Below are positions 33,110 to 41,403 of a DNA stretch of 64,000 nucleotides, piece by piece (positions within the stretch are counted from its first letter, which is position 1; every line of letters starts with the position of its first letter). The position numbers and the translations under genes were made by a program. The stretch covers positions 2,272,001-2,336,000 of the forward strand of contig CAXXVL010000002.1 in assembly GCA_963667845.2 (NCBI GenBank), given 5' to 3'. The notes under the pieces were generated by a model that did not search any database, was not told the DNA's origin, and was given only the letters and a program-made list of their open reading frames with translations. This stretch comes from Smithellaceae bacterium (GTDB lineage: Bacteria > Desulfobacterota > Syntrophia > Syntrophales > Smithellaceae).

Positions 33110-33931
33110 CTATTCCACAGGACGATCCGCTCCGGCGTCGTCTATGAAATTATCTTTGATCCGTTTTGCCGGGTCCTGCTGATAGAATTGTCTCAACACA
33201 CGATAAAGCTCCGGCGCAGATTTGGTCAATCTGACCGGCTGATCAAAAAAATGCTCGGTAGCCACGGCAAAAAATTCGGCTTCGTCCGTGGCCCCATACT
33301 CATCGATGAAGGTGCGTTTTCCTTTTTCCACGTCCTTGAGCAGCCGCCGGAATTCGCGTGAACACGTCCTGATCCAGTCACGGTATTCGGCTCGGTCGCG
33401 CAAACGGGGGGTGCCGTCGGCCGCGCCGGCCAGCATATCGAGTTTGTGCGCGAATTCGTGATAGACCACGTTATAGCCTGAACCTGCATGACGGATGCCG
33501 TCTCGGACCGCGTCCCAGGAAAAGATCAGCGGTCCCTGTTCAAACGCCTGGCCGGAAACGGGGCCGTCGGGCTCCAGGGGTTCCAGCGCGGTTTCGAAAA
33601 AGCCGAGTCTGCGTTTGGGCAAGACGAGATCGGAAGGATAGACGATGATCGTTTCGACGTTTTCGTAATAGGTGTCGGGAAGATTCAGAGTCAGCAGGCA
33701 GGCCCCGGCGGCAACTGTCACGCGGATTTTATCCGTGAGGACGAGACCCCCGCAGCCTTCCCAGGATTTTTCGGCGATGAAGATCTGAACAAGGGAATGC
33801 AGTCGGGCGCGTTCATCAGAGGTCAGGAGTCTGTATTGAGTCATATGGCGATGGATGATATCGCCCCATTCGGGGGGAAAAGGCGTACGGACAATATCCC
33901 GGCGACGTCGCTTTGCAAACCAGTTAAACAT
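33110..33931 (-). CDS. Zinc-dependent peptidase, MtfA/M90 family
   Basis: NVVYHEFAHKLD, Y.AT..AEFFAV.TE.FF. Confidence 0.9.
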   Translation of the reverse strand: MFNWFAKRRRRDIVRTPFPPEWGDIIHRHMTQYRLLTSDERARLHSLVQIFIAEKSWEGCGGLVLTDKIRVTVAAGACLLTLNLPDTYYENVETIIVYPSDLVLPKRRLGFFETALEPLEPDGPVSGQAFEQGPLIFSWDAVRDGIRHAGSGYNVVYHEFAHKLDMLAGAADGTPRLRDRAEYRDWIRTCSREFRRLLKDVEKGKRTFIDEYGATDEAEFFAVATEHFFDQPVRLTKSAPELYRVLRQFYQQDPAKRIKDNFIDDAGADRPVE

Positions 33932-34091
33932 GCCGATCCTTTTTTACCTGTCTGATGGCAGAATTTGTATCATAAAAGCCATCATATGAAAAACATCATT
34001 TCAAGAATGCGCGCGGCATAATTTTCATTGAAACAAAGCTTCGATCAGGCTAAATTGTCAAAGAGGAACGCAATGACGAGGAGGATAAAAA

Positions 34092-34760
34092 AGGAGAAGA
34101 CTTCTTTTAGCAGCGGTTTTGATGACAGTCCTGTTGTTCGCGGCAACTGCAGGGGCCGAGGACTATAATCAGGTTCGATCCTACAAGCCTTATAGCTGGA
34201 CCGGCTTCTATTTCGGTTTTCAGGGAAGCTACATGCGAGGGACGAGCGATTGGGAGCCGGAAGGCAGCTCTCAGCACATAAAAAATGATACGGAAGGGGG
34301 GATGGGCGGAATTTATGTCGGCTACCTGTATCAGACACCGGTGAAACTTGTTGTCGGCATCGAGGCGGAAACCAATTACGGTCGTCTCTCCTCTAATTCC
34401 TCCTGCCCTAATCCGTCATATGCCTGCCATACTGACATCAACTGGATCGGTTCAATGCACGGCAGGTTAGGTTATGCACTGGGCCGTTTTATGCCTTATG
34501 TAACCATCGGATGGGCTTACGCCGGCGCCGATACGTATGTGAACTACCTGCCGACCGGTGAGGAATACGGCAGCAGAAATTCTTATCTGGGCTGGACGCC
34601 GGGTGTCGGGTTTGAATTCGCCGTAACGAACAATTTCCTGATCCGCGGCGAATACGCGTATTACGATTTCGGAAAGAGAAGTGCGACGATTCAAAACACC
34701 GAAACGGACATCCGGCTCGCGAATCATGCGTTCAAATTCGGCCTGGGTCTGAAGTTTTAG
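34092..34760 (+). CDS. Omp25/RopB-like beta-barrel outer-membrane protein; expected start codon reads AGG
   Basis: SWTGFYFG, GRLGYA, GWTPGVGFEFA, EYAYYDFG, C-terminal F; the signal peptide (x)RRLLLAAVLM.. begins at 34092 behind a GAGGAGG RBS. Confidence 0.8.
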   Translation, partial: RRRLLLAAVLMTVLLFAATAGAEDYNQVRSYKPYSWTGFYFGFQGSYMRGTSDWEPEGSSQHIKNDTEGGMGGIYVGYLYQTPVKLVVGIEAETNYGRLSSNSSCPNPSYACHTDINWIGSMHGRLGYALGRFMPYVTIGWAYAGADTYVNYLPTGEEYGSRNSYLGWTPGVGFEFAVTNNFLIRGEYAYYDFGKRSATIQNTETDIRLANHAFKFGLGLKF

Positions 34761-34846
34761 TGCAAGCGGCTGAAAAATGGGCTGTCTGATCATCAGCCTT
34801 GATCAGTCAGATCAAGTCGGGGTGCATCCTTTTTGCGGAGGCGATA

Positions 34847-35218
34847 GTGTATTCACTTCTTGCCGATGCGGTCATCATCGTTCATTTTCTGTTTATCGCC
34901 TTTGTCGTCGCCGGCGGGCTGCTCGTGATGTGGCGGCCGGGGCTGGCCTGGCTGCATGTTCCCGCTGTCGTCTGGGGAGCGCTCATTGAATTTGCCGGCT
35001 GGATCTGCCCGCTCACTGAGCTCGAAGATTACCTGCGCCTGCGCGGCGGCGGTGAAGCATATAGCGGTGATTTTATTGTGCACTACATCGCTGTGGTGAT
35101 TTATCCCGCCGGTCTTACCGCCTCTGTGCAATACATCCTGGGCGGTCTGGTCCTAATCATCAATCTCACCGTCTATGCCCTTGTTTTCAGCAGACGGCGC
35201 AGCCGTCATCGATCCTGA
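34847..35218 (+). CDS. DUF2784 family membrane protein
   Basis: LAD.V..VH, HVPAVVWG, CPLT.LE, F..HY...IYP. Confidence 0.88.
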   Translation: MYSLLADAVIIVHFLFIAFVVAGGLLVMWRPGLAWLHVPAVVWGALIEFAGWICPLTELEDYLRLRGGGEAYSGDFIVHYIAVVIYPAGLTASVQYILGGLVLIINLTVYALVFSRRRSRHRS

Positions 35219-35300
35219 TCCCGCTCGGGCGCGGAATCAGGATCGGCCTTGCCGGCGGCAAAAGTTTAATTCATCATCGCCTGTATGTTGCCATTGGCCG

Positions 35301-37031
35301 TCAATTGGGCATCCCATGACACTTGTCGCATCTTACCATGTCGCCTTTGGCGTAGGTTCTGGCCTGGCCTTCAATCGTAAAGCTGCGGGCGACCGGCACC
35401 CGGGCCAGCGTTGTTCCGGTTAGCGTCAAGCCATGGCAGGCCCGGCAACTGTTCTTGTCGGCGTTATAGAAACTATCGTGGCCGTCATCATACCACCGTG
35501 AGTCATTGATATTGTGCAGGCCGTGGGGACCGTTCGTTGTCCGTGCCAGACTTCCGGCTTTATGACAGGCGGTGCACTCCATGATCTTACCCGCATATCC
35601 CTGGATTTTGATCGCGGCCAGATTGTCGTTCGCGCCGGCAATGGCATTTGGCCATTCGGCATGCGTGCTGCCGTGGCAGCCTTCACAGGTGATATTGCCG
35701 TGGCCTTTACTGTATCGGTAAAGGGTGTTGGTGTTTTCCGCGAAACGCTTGTTTACGGCCAGAAGACTCGACGCGGACGGGTCGCCCGTGCGATAAGCCT
35801 GACGCAGATGAAAAGGCCACGTCGGGTCGGGGACGAGATTGGCGCCCGTCAGATAGGATACGGCGTCGCCGGTATGACACGACTGGCAGCGGGGCAGATC
35901 GCGCCATGGTCGTCGGGGGCTGCCGTCATTGGTGCCGTCAATACTGCCTCCCGCCAGAAGCGGATATGTCCCGCCGACTGCCGCCATGTTGGAGTGACAT
36001 TCATTGCAGGTCAGGCCCGCCGTATGCATGGCGCCCCGCAGGCACTGTGTGACTGCACCGGGGTGACACTGGTAGCAGGTTTGCAGCATGGTGCCGCCCG
36101 GCGGGAAAACGGGATTGCCTCCAACCGTTAACGTGCCGTGGTATTTATGCATGACCGAAGAGAAATTGGGTTTTCCCTGCTGGGTCGGAGTGGGACCCTG
36201 ACCGGACAAGTCGAGCGCAAATGAGTAATGGCACTGTGCGCATAAGACAGGCGTCGATGTCGCCAGGCTTGTAGACTGATCCGCATCATGCAGTTTCAGG
36301 ATATTCTTCTTGGCTTGTACTTCGATGTCGGTGTCTGTCGCCCAGGTGATGCCGGCCCTTGTCGAAGCAATGCCGCCCGTTTGGTGGCAGGTCCGGCAGT
36401 TTGTTTCGGTGGCCACCGGAACAACGGCATCAAGGTATCCGATTTGATTGCTTGTCTGTTTGCTGTAGGCCCTGATGCGCAGAAGCGGATACGTGTTACT
36501 CGCCAGCGCATCGTCGGTTGGGACTATGGGTATGCCGAACGCCGTAAACAGGGCGGCGGTGACGTCATAGGGCATGGTTTGCGGTCCTTTGGCCTGCGGA
36601 TTATCCTGCGGCATATAGAACCCGGCCAATCCCTCTCCGGTTGTTAATTGAACACCCAGGAACAGATTATTCGCGTATTGCCAGAAATTTGTTTTGCCGA
36701 TACTGCGAGAATTGATCGAGCCGGTCGGGTCCGCGATGGCGTCATAACGGACGGTGGCATCGGCATCCGTTACCAGCACAGGATTTCCGCTGGCGTCCTG
36801 GATGATGACTTGGGCATGCACAACATTGAAGGGCGGCAGGATCGAAAAAGTCGAAAATTCACGGTCTATACAATGCATGCCCAGATCGTTGGCGGCAAGC
36901 ACGATCGCCGTGTCGGTCGCAGGGGGCGGGGGCGGTGGCGAGGGCGGGGTGCTGGCGCTGTCTCCGCCTCCTCCTCCGCATGCCGCGATACCGATGAGTA
37001 GAAATCCCAGGATGCTTTTTGTAAGTTTCAT
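35301..37031 (-). CDS. Nonaheme c-type cytochrome lipoprotein
   Basis: Lipobox IAAC, Gly/Pro linker, ANDLGMHC motif, nine CxxCH motifs. Confidence 0.9.
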   Translation of the reverse strand: MKLTKSILGFLLIGIAACGGGGGDSASTPPSPPPPPPATDTAIVLAANDLGMHCIDREFSTFSILPPFNVVHAQVIIQDASGNPVLVTDADATVRYDAIADPTGSINSRSIGKTNFWQYANNLFLGVQLTTGEGLAGFYMPQDNPQAKGPQTMPYDVTAALFTAFGIPIVPTDDALASNTYPLLRIRAYSKQTSNQIGYLDAVVPVATETNCRTCHQTGGIASTRAGITWATDTDIEVQAKKNILKLHDADQSTSLATSTPVLCAQCHYSFALDLSGQGPTPTQQGKPNFSSVMHKYHGTLTVGGNPVFPPGGTMLQTCYQCHPGAVTQCLRGAMHTAGLTCNECHSNMAAVGGTYPLLAGGSIDGTNDGSPRRPWRDLPRCQSCHTGDAVSYLTGANLVPDPTWPFHLRQAYRTGDPSASSLLAVNKRFAENTNTLYRYSKGHGNITCEGCHGSTHAEWPNAIAGANDNLAAIKIQGYAGKIMECTACHKAGSLARTTNGPHGLHNINDSRWYDDGHDSFYNADKNSCRACHGLTLTGTTLARVPVARSFTIEGQARTYAKGDMVRCDKCHGMPN

Positions 37032-37521
37032 AAGATCCTCCATTTCATTGTTGTTTTTCTTATATGCCGTAGATGCATGGGAAAGAAGCTCCGTATGGCC
37101 GAATGAACCGGTTTAGTGGAACACGCAAGCGAAACAGCGCGGGCGGCAATGTGAGACGAACATTTCGTTGGACGATACCCATTAAAAATATAAAGACGCC
37201 AAACAGGATGTCAATTTATGATAAGTAATAAGACGCATCCCCGTATTGTAGAATTTATGTAGCTTTATGGGAGGATGACGCTACCATTTATCTCTTTTAA
37301 TCCGGGCATCGCAGCCGGATGCAGTTGCGATGAGTGATTTGCGGCACTTCCGGCGTATAAAATATTCTTAGGTCTTTTTGAAAGAATTCTCGGGGCAGGC
37401 CTGTGTTGAAAGACCAGTGGAAATGAAGTCTGGCCAGAGATCTTCCGATGTCGTGCAAATATGCGGACGCTCATGTCCGAAAACGGCTGGCATAAGTTTT
37501 TGTAAACAGGTATGAAGGCCC

Positions 37522-38964
37522 ATGACCTCTGAACATAAGAAATATTATGACGCCATGCTGGCGCGTGACTATCGCTTCGACGGCAAGTTCTTCGTGGGCG
37601 TCAAGACAACCGGTATCTATTGCCGGCCGATTTGCCCGGCCCGACCGAAAATCGAAAATGTCGAATTTTTCCCGTCGTCGCCTGCGGCCGAAAAAGCGGG
37701 ATACCGTCCGTGTCTGAGATGCCGTCCGGAGGCTGCACCGCTGTCACCCGCCTGGTACGGGAAGTCCGCCATTGTGCAAAGATCGCTGCGCGCCATTATC
37801 AATGACGGGCTTGCCGGCTTGTCCGAGGATGAATTTGCCGACAAATTCGGAGTAACCGCCCGGCACCTGCGGCGTCTGTTTGTGAGCGAAATCGGCAAAA
37901 CCCCCCGGCAATTCTATGAGGAACAAAAATTAAACCTGGCGCGCAAAATGATTGTCGAGACGCGACTGCCCGTAACCGACATCTGTTATTCGGCCGGCTT
38001 TCAATCGCTCAGAAGATTCAATGCCGCTTTTAAGGCACGGTTTTCGAGAGCGCCGGTCGCCCTTCGCCGGGCCGGAGCCGGCGACAAGGCCGAGCCGCCG
38101 GTGACGAGCATCAGCCTCAGTTATCGACCGCCTTACAACTGGCGGGCCCTGATGACGTATTTGATGCGCCATCAAACCGATCACATCGAAGAGATTACGC
38201 CCGATGCTTATATACGCTATTTCCCGATCGGGAAGGGCATAGGAAGGGTGATTGTCAAAAATGAGGAAGCAACGTCGCGGCTCGTTGCTTATTTTGACCG
38301 CTTCGATCACGAGCAACTTTATGGTCTGATCCAGAATATCAGGAGGCTGTTTGATCTGGATGCCGATCCGCTCCTGGTTTCTTCACAATTTGAACGCACG
38401 GAATTATTAAGAACGCTTGACGAAAAATCGCCGGGCGTAAGGGCGCCGGGATGCTGGAACGGGTTTGAAACGGCAGTCGGTATTATTATGGGTCAGGTCG
38501 TGACGATGATGCAGGCGCGCCGCAACATGCAGGAGCTTCTCTCCCGCTATGGGGAAGAACGTCAGTGGCAGGATAAAAGAGTTTTTATCTTTCCCGATCC
38601 GGCGAAATTGGCCGAATCCGATTTGAGCGGTGTGCCGATTACAGGAATCCGCAAGCGGACCATTCGAACCCTGTCCGAGAAAGTGGCCGCGGGGGAGCTG
38701 TCCCTGAACGCCCATCAAGACCCGGCCGGCCTGAAGGAAAAACTCCGGGCCATACCGGGTATCGGCGACTGGACGGCACAATACATCGGGATGCGCTGCC
38801 TCAGCGACCCGGACAGTTATCCGGCGACGGATTTGATCTTAAAGCGGGTGGCCGATATCGAACAAGGGATGGATTTAGAGCAGGCAAGGCCTTGGCGGGC
38901 CTATGCCGCATTTCTGCTGTGGGATGCCTATGCGGGAAAATTGGTCAAGAAAAGGGGGAAATAA
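37522..38964 (+). CDS. Ada-AlkA fusion (Zn-binding Ada domain, AraC HTH, 3-methyladenine glycosylase)
   Basis: TGIYCRPICPAR..CLRCRP, AraC HTH, HhH PGIGDWTA, PWRAYA. Confidence 0.93.
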   Translation: MTSEHKKYYDAMLARDYRFDGKFFVGVKTTGIYCRPICPARPKIENVEFFPSSPAAEKAGYRPCLRCRPEAAPLSPAWYGKSAIVQRSLRAIINDGLAGLSEDEFADKFGVTARHLRRLFVSEIGKTPRQFYEEQKLNLARKMIVETRLPVTDICYSAGFQSLRRFNAAFKARFSRAPVALRRAGAGDKAEPPVTSISLSYRPPYNWRALMTYLMRHQTDHIEEITPDAYIRYFPIGKGIGRVIVKNEEATSRLVAYFDRFDHEQLYGLIQNIRRLFDLDADPLLVSSQFERTELLRTLDEKSPGVRAPGCWNGFETAVGIIMGQVVTMMQARRNMQELLSRYGEERQWQDKRVFIFPDPAKLAESDLSGVPITGIRKRTIRTLSEKVAAGELSLNAHQDPAGLKEKLRAIPGIGDWTAQYIGMRCLSDPDSYPATDLILKRVADIEQGMDLEQARPWRAYAAFLLWDAYAGKLVKKRGK

Positions 38965-38965
38965 A

Positions 38966-39472
38966 ATGGAACTCTATGTTAAACACATGCAGACGCCGAT
39001 CGGCGAAATCACTCTTTATGCAAATGATCGGGCCTTGGTCGGCCTTTACACGGGCAAGTACGACACAAAGGGACTCCCGGACCGTTTTCAATCCGCCCGG
39101 GAAAAAGACACTCCGGTCCTTTTGAAGGCCCAGAGGGAAATCGCCGACTACTTTGCAGGCAAACTGAAGAAATTCACCGTGCCCGTGGAATTTAAAGGGA
39201 CGCCGTTTCAGGAGGCCGTTTGGCACTCCCTTTGCACCATCGGCTTCGGCGAGTTGTCTTCCTATGCCGATGTCGCCGCGAGCATCGGAAAACCCGCGGC
39301 CTGCCGGGCCGTGGGCGGAGCGGTCGGACGTAATCCGGTGTCGATTATTATTCCCTGTCACCGCGTCATCGGTTCCAATGGAACGCTGACGGGATTCGGC
39401 GGCGGTCTGCCCGTGAAGACCCGTCTGTTGCAGACCGAAGGGCACCGCGTCGAAGGATCAAGGATTGCCTGA
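38966..39472 (+). CDS. ogt: Methylated-DNA--protein-cysteine methyltransferase
   Basis: GTPFQ..VW, RAVG, IPCHRVIG. Confidence 0.95.
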   Translation: MELYVKHMQTPIGEITLYANDRALVGLYTGKYDTKGLPDRFQSAREKDTPVLLKAQREIADYFAGKLKKFTVPVEFKGTPFQEAVWHSLCTIGFGELSSYADVAASIGKPAACRAVGGAVGRNPVSIIIPCHRVIGSNGTLTGFGGGLPVKTRLLQTEGHRVEGSRIA

Positions 39473-40144
39473 GGGGCAGCTCTCTTTGGCACTTTGCGCT
39501 TTCCATTGCAGTGGATTTGGCAGCAGGCGGAATTTCCCCATCATCCATTTCCAGGGAAAGAACATCGACACCTGCTTCTGATAAGCGATGTATTCGTCGC
39601 CGAATTCCCGGATCAGCTTGCGCTCCTCGAGGCGAGTCCCGATGACCACATATACGGTCAGGATAGTATTCACCATCAGGCGCGTTCCATCAAGGTCCTG
39701 AGCCCAGAAGAGGAGCAGAGCTCCGGAATAGAAGGGATGGCGGATCAGTCCCAGGACACCCTTCGATACGATGCCGCCGGGCGCAGCAGCTATGGGTCGG
39801 TCTCCCTCCAGAATCTGGCGAGCGCCGAGAAGGTGCAGGAAGCTGTAATGCCGGAGCGCCGCGGCAAACAGCAGCACTCCGGCCAGATTGGTGAGCCATT
39901 TCAGCCCCACGAGTGGACCGCTCCAGGTAAAGAAGGCGGGACCGGCCATCCGCGCTGTGTACACCAGAAGAGGAGCGATCGTGATCAGCGCCACCGCGTT
40001 GTAGAAAAGGCGGTAAAACCGGTAATGACGGCCCAGCCGTCTTTGCGCAAAGTCCGTGACCGCAATCGAAATCAGCACGCTGTGCAGAGTGACAAAAGCA
40101 ATCCATCCCAGCGCGAGCAGGAAATATTCTGCGCAGGCGGTCAT
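39458..40144 (-). CDS. NnrU/MddA-like membrane methyltransferase (ICMT family)
   Basis: F..LHS in TM1, YRLFYN, RHP.Y, EERKL..EFG..Y..Y...V.MF.P. Confidence 0.8.
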   Translation of the reverse strand: MTACAEYFLLALGWIAFVTLHSVLISIAVTDFAQRRLGRHYRFYRLFYNAVALITIAPLLVYTARMAGPAFFTWSGPLVGLKWLTNLAGVLLFAAALRHYSFLHLLGARQILEGDRPIAAAPGGIVSKGVLGLIRHPFYSGALLLFWAQDLDGTRLMVNTILTVYVVIGTRLEERKLIREFGDEYIAYQKQVSMFFPWKWMMGKFRLLPNPLQWKAQSAKESCPSGNP

Positions 40145-40401
40145 TGTTCAGCCCCCCGGGATTGCCGGGGTGGCCTGCGGAAAAGTGCCCCGAAGATAAA
40201 CCACAGCCCCAGGCCGACAAGCAGCGCCGGCCAGAATAAGCCTGCCAGTTCGGCGGGCAGCCAGTGCGCTTCCCGCCCCAGCCAGAACAGGCCCACCACG
40301 ATGAACAATATTCCCCAGAAAGTGCCGCTGCCCCGGCTGCACATCCGGCTGCATACTTCCCACATATTCCTGTTTTCGTTCGTTTCTTCTTGCCTGACCA
40401 T
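40141..40401 (-). CDS. Small two-TM membrane protein (LiaI/LiaF-TM-like) with N-terminal CxxxC
   Basis: GGAAGGGAG RBS; FWGILFIVVG...FWP.LL..LG; ATGA overlap with the methyltransferase gene. Confidence 0.75.
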   Translation of the reverse strand: MVRQEETNENRNMWEVCSRMCSRGSGTFWGILFIVVGLFWLGREAHWLPAELAGLFWPALLVGLGLWFIFGALFRRPPRQSRGAEQ

Positions 40402-40442
40402 CTTTGTTCTCCCTTCCGGTTCTCTCGTTTGGTTTCGGGCCA

Positions 40443-40682
40443 TCAGTCCTGAGGGGCGGTCGTGGTATCCTTTTCGGACCCGCCGCAGCACATCGCCATC
40501 ATCGACTTCATGGCCTCCATGTTGACTTTTCCTTCCTTGTCGCCCAGGAATGATTTCATCATGGCCTCGCAGCCGCTGAAATCGACCTTCGTCTCCGAGC
40601 CTGCTGCCGGACAGCACTGCTGCATCCGAGCAAAGCATTCGGCAAACCCCACACCACTTTTGTTTTCTTTTTGTTCCGTCAT
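40443..40682 (-). CDS. 79-aa Cys/Met-rich protein (two CC pairs)
   Basis: AAGGAGG RBS; 6 Cys and 9 Met; has its own promoter/operator. Confidence 0.75.
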   Translation of the reverse strand: MTEQKENKSGVGFAECFARMQQCCPAAGSETKVDFSGCEAMMKSFLGDKEGKVNMEAMKSMMAMCCGGSEKDTTTAPQD

Positions 40683-40716
40683 GACTTCGTCCTCCTTCGA
40701 GATTTCGAAATTTCTG

Positions 40717-40762
40717 TATTTCGATATATTTCGAAATATAATATCCGGGAACGCCCTGTCAA
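40717..40762 (-). promoter_or_regulatory. Promoter with overlapping palindromic operator (putative ArsR site)
   Basis: TATTTCGA-N6-TCGAAATA (40717-40738) overlaps the -10 TATATT; -35 TTGACA at 40762-40757. Confidence 0.75.
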
Positions 40763-40878
40763 GGGGAATTTCTACCGGGCGGGGATGGATTTATGAAATA
40801 TTTAATGATGACGATGCGTTACAGGCCGAAATATTTCGGGCCGGAATCTGTCCGGCCCGGAGTGCCGGGGGAAACCGG

Positions 40879-41229
40879 CTACTTTTTTCCGGCGTTACCC
40901 GTCAGATAGTCAACCATCAGACCGATGGTTTTATCCTCGGGTTGTCAGAGGATGGTTTGACCGTGCCTGTCGCAGCGGATGAGGCCCGCGTTGCGCAGTT
41001 CTTTGATATGATGGGAAACCGTGGAGAGGGCGATGTTGAAATTGCTGGCCACGGAGCAGACGGGTGGCCCTTTCTTCTCGTCCAGAACGGCCCGGCCATG
41101 GCCCAGCCGGATTTGTTCAAACACGCTAAGCCTAGTCTCGTTGGACAGGGCTTTAAAGGCGGCGGACATGCGGGCCATGTCTGCCGGGGGCTTGCATTGG
41201 GAGTTTTGCTTGGCGGGTTTGGACATCAC
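40879..41229 (-). CDS. ArsR/SmtB family repressor, probable selenoprotein (UGA at 40947-40945 read as Sec)
   Basis: FKALSN..RL, STVSHH.KEL..AGLI; the frame stays open for 21 sense codons past the UGA (completing the C-terminal helix) to TAG; SECIS-like hairpin follows the UGA. Confidence 0.85.
40912..40947 (-). promoter_or_regulatory. Bacterial SECIS element
   Basis: UGA-14 nt-AACCAUC-GGUCU-GAUGGUU: perfect 7-bp stem whose GGUCU apex matches the E. coli fdhF SECIS apex. Confidence 0.8.
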
Positions 41230-41255
41230 GGTATACCTCCCGAATAAGATTGAGA

Positions 41256-41306
41256 CGCTTCTAAATATGTCGAAATATATTTACAATGTTTCCGCCCGAA
41301 TGTCAA
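41256..41306 (-). promoter_or_regulatory. arsR promoter with degenerate copy of the same operator
   Basis: CGCTTCTA-N6-TCGAAATA (41256-41277); -35 TTGACA at 41306-41301. Confidence 0.6.
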
Positions 41307-41403
41307 GCAGCGGGCTCGCATTTCCGGATTTTGTGCCCGCGGTGACTGGAAAACGGATGAACTGAACCAAGTCCCCAGTAGCTACTTGCAGAGGTCAGCA
41401 TTC

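Noticed and set aside
34092..37031. Porin-cytochrome conduit formed by the beta-barrel and the nonaheme cytochrome
   Set aside because: The genes are convergent and separated by DUF2784, and the barrel (about 200 aa) is too small to be an MtrB-like porin.
37464..37479. CGGAC-N6-GTCCG palindrome upstream of ada-alkA as an Ada box
   Set aside because: Only 5-bp arms, a single copy, and unlike the characterised Ada box; could be chance.
40945..40947. arsR as a nonsense-mutated pseudogene
   Set aside because: A SECIS-like hairpin at the right distance, the intact downstream helix and the preserved operators favour Sec recoding.
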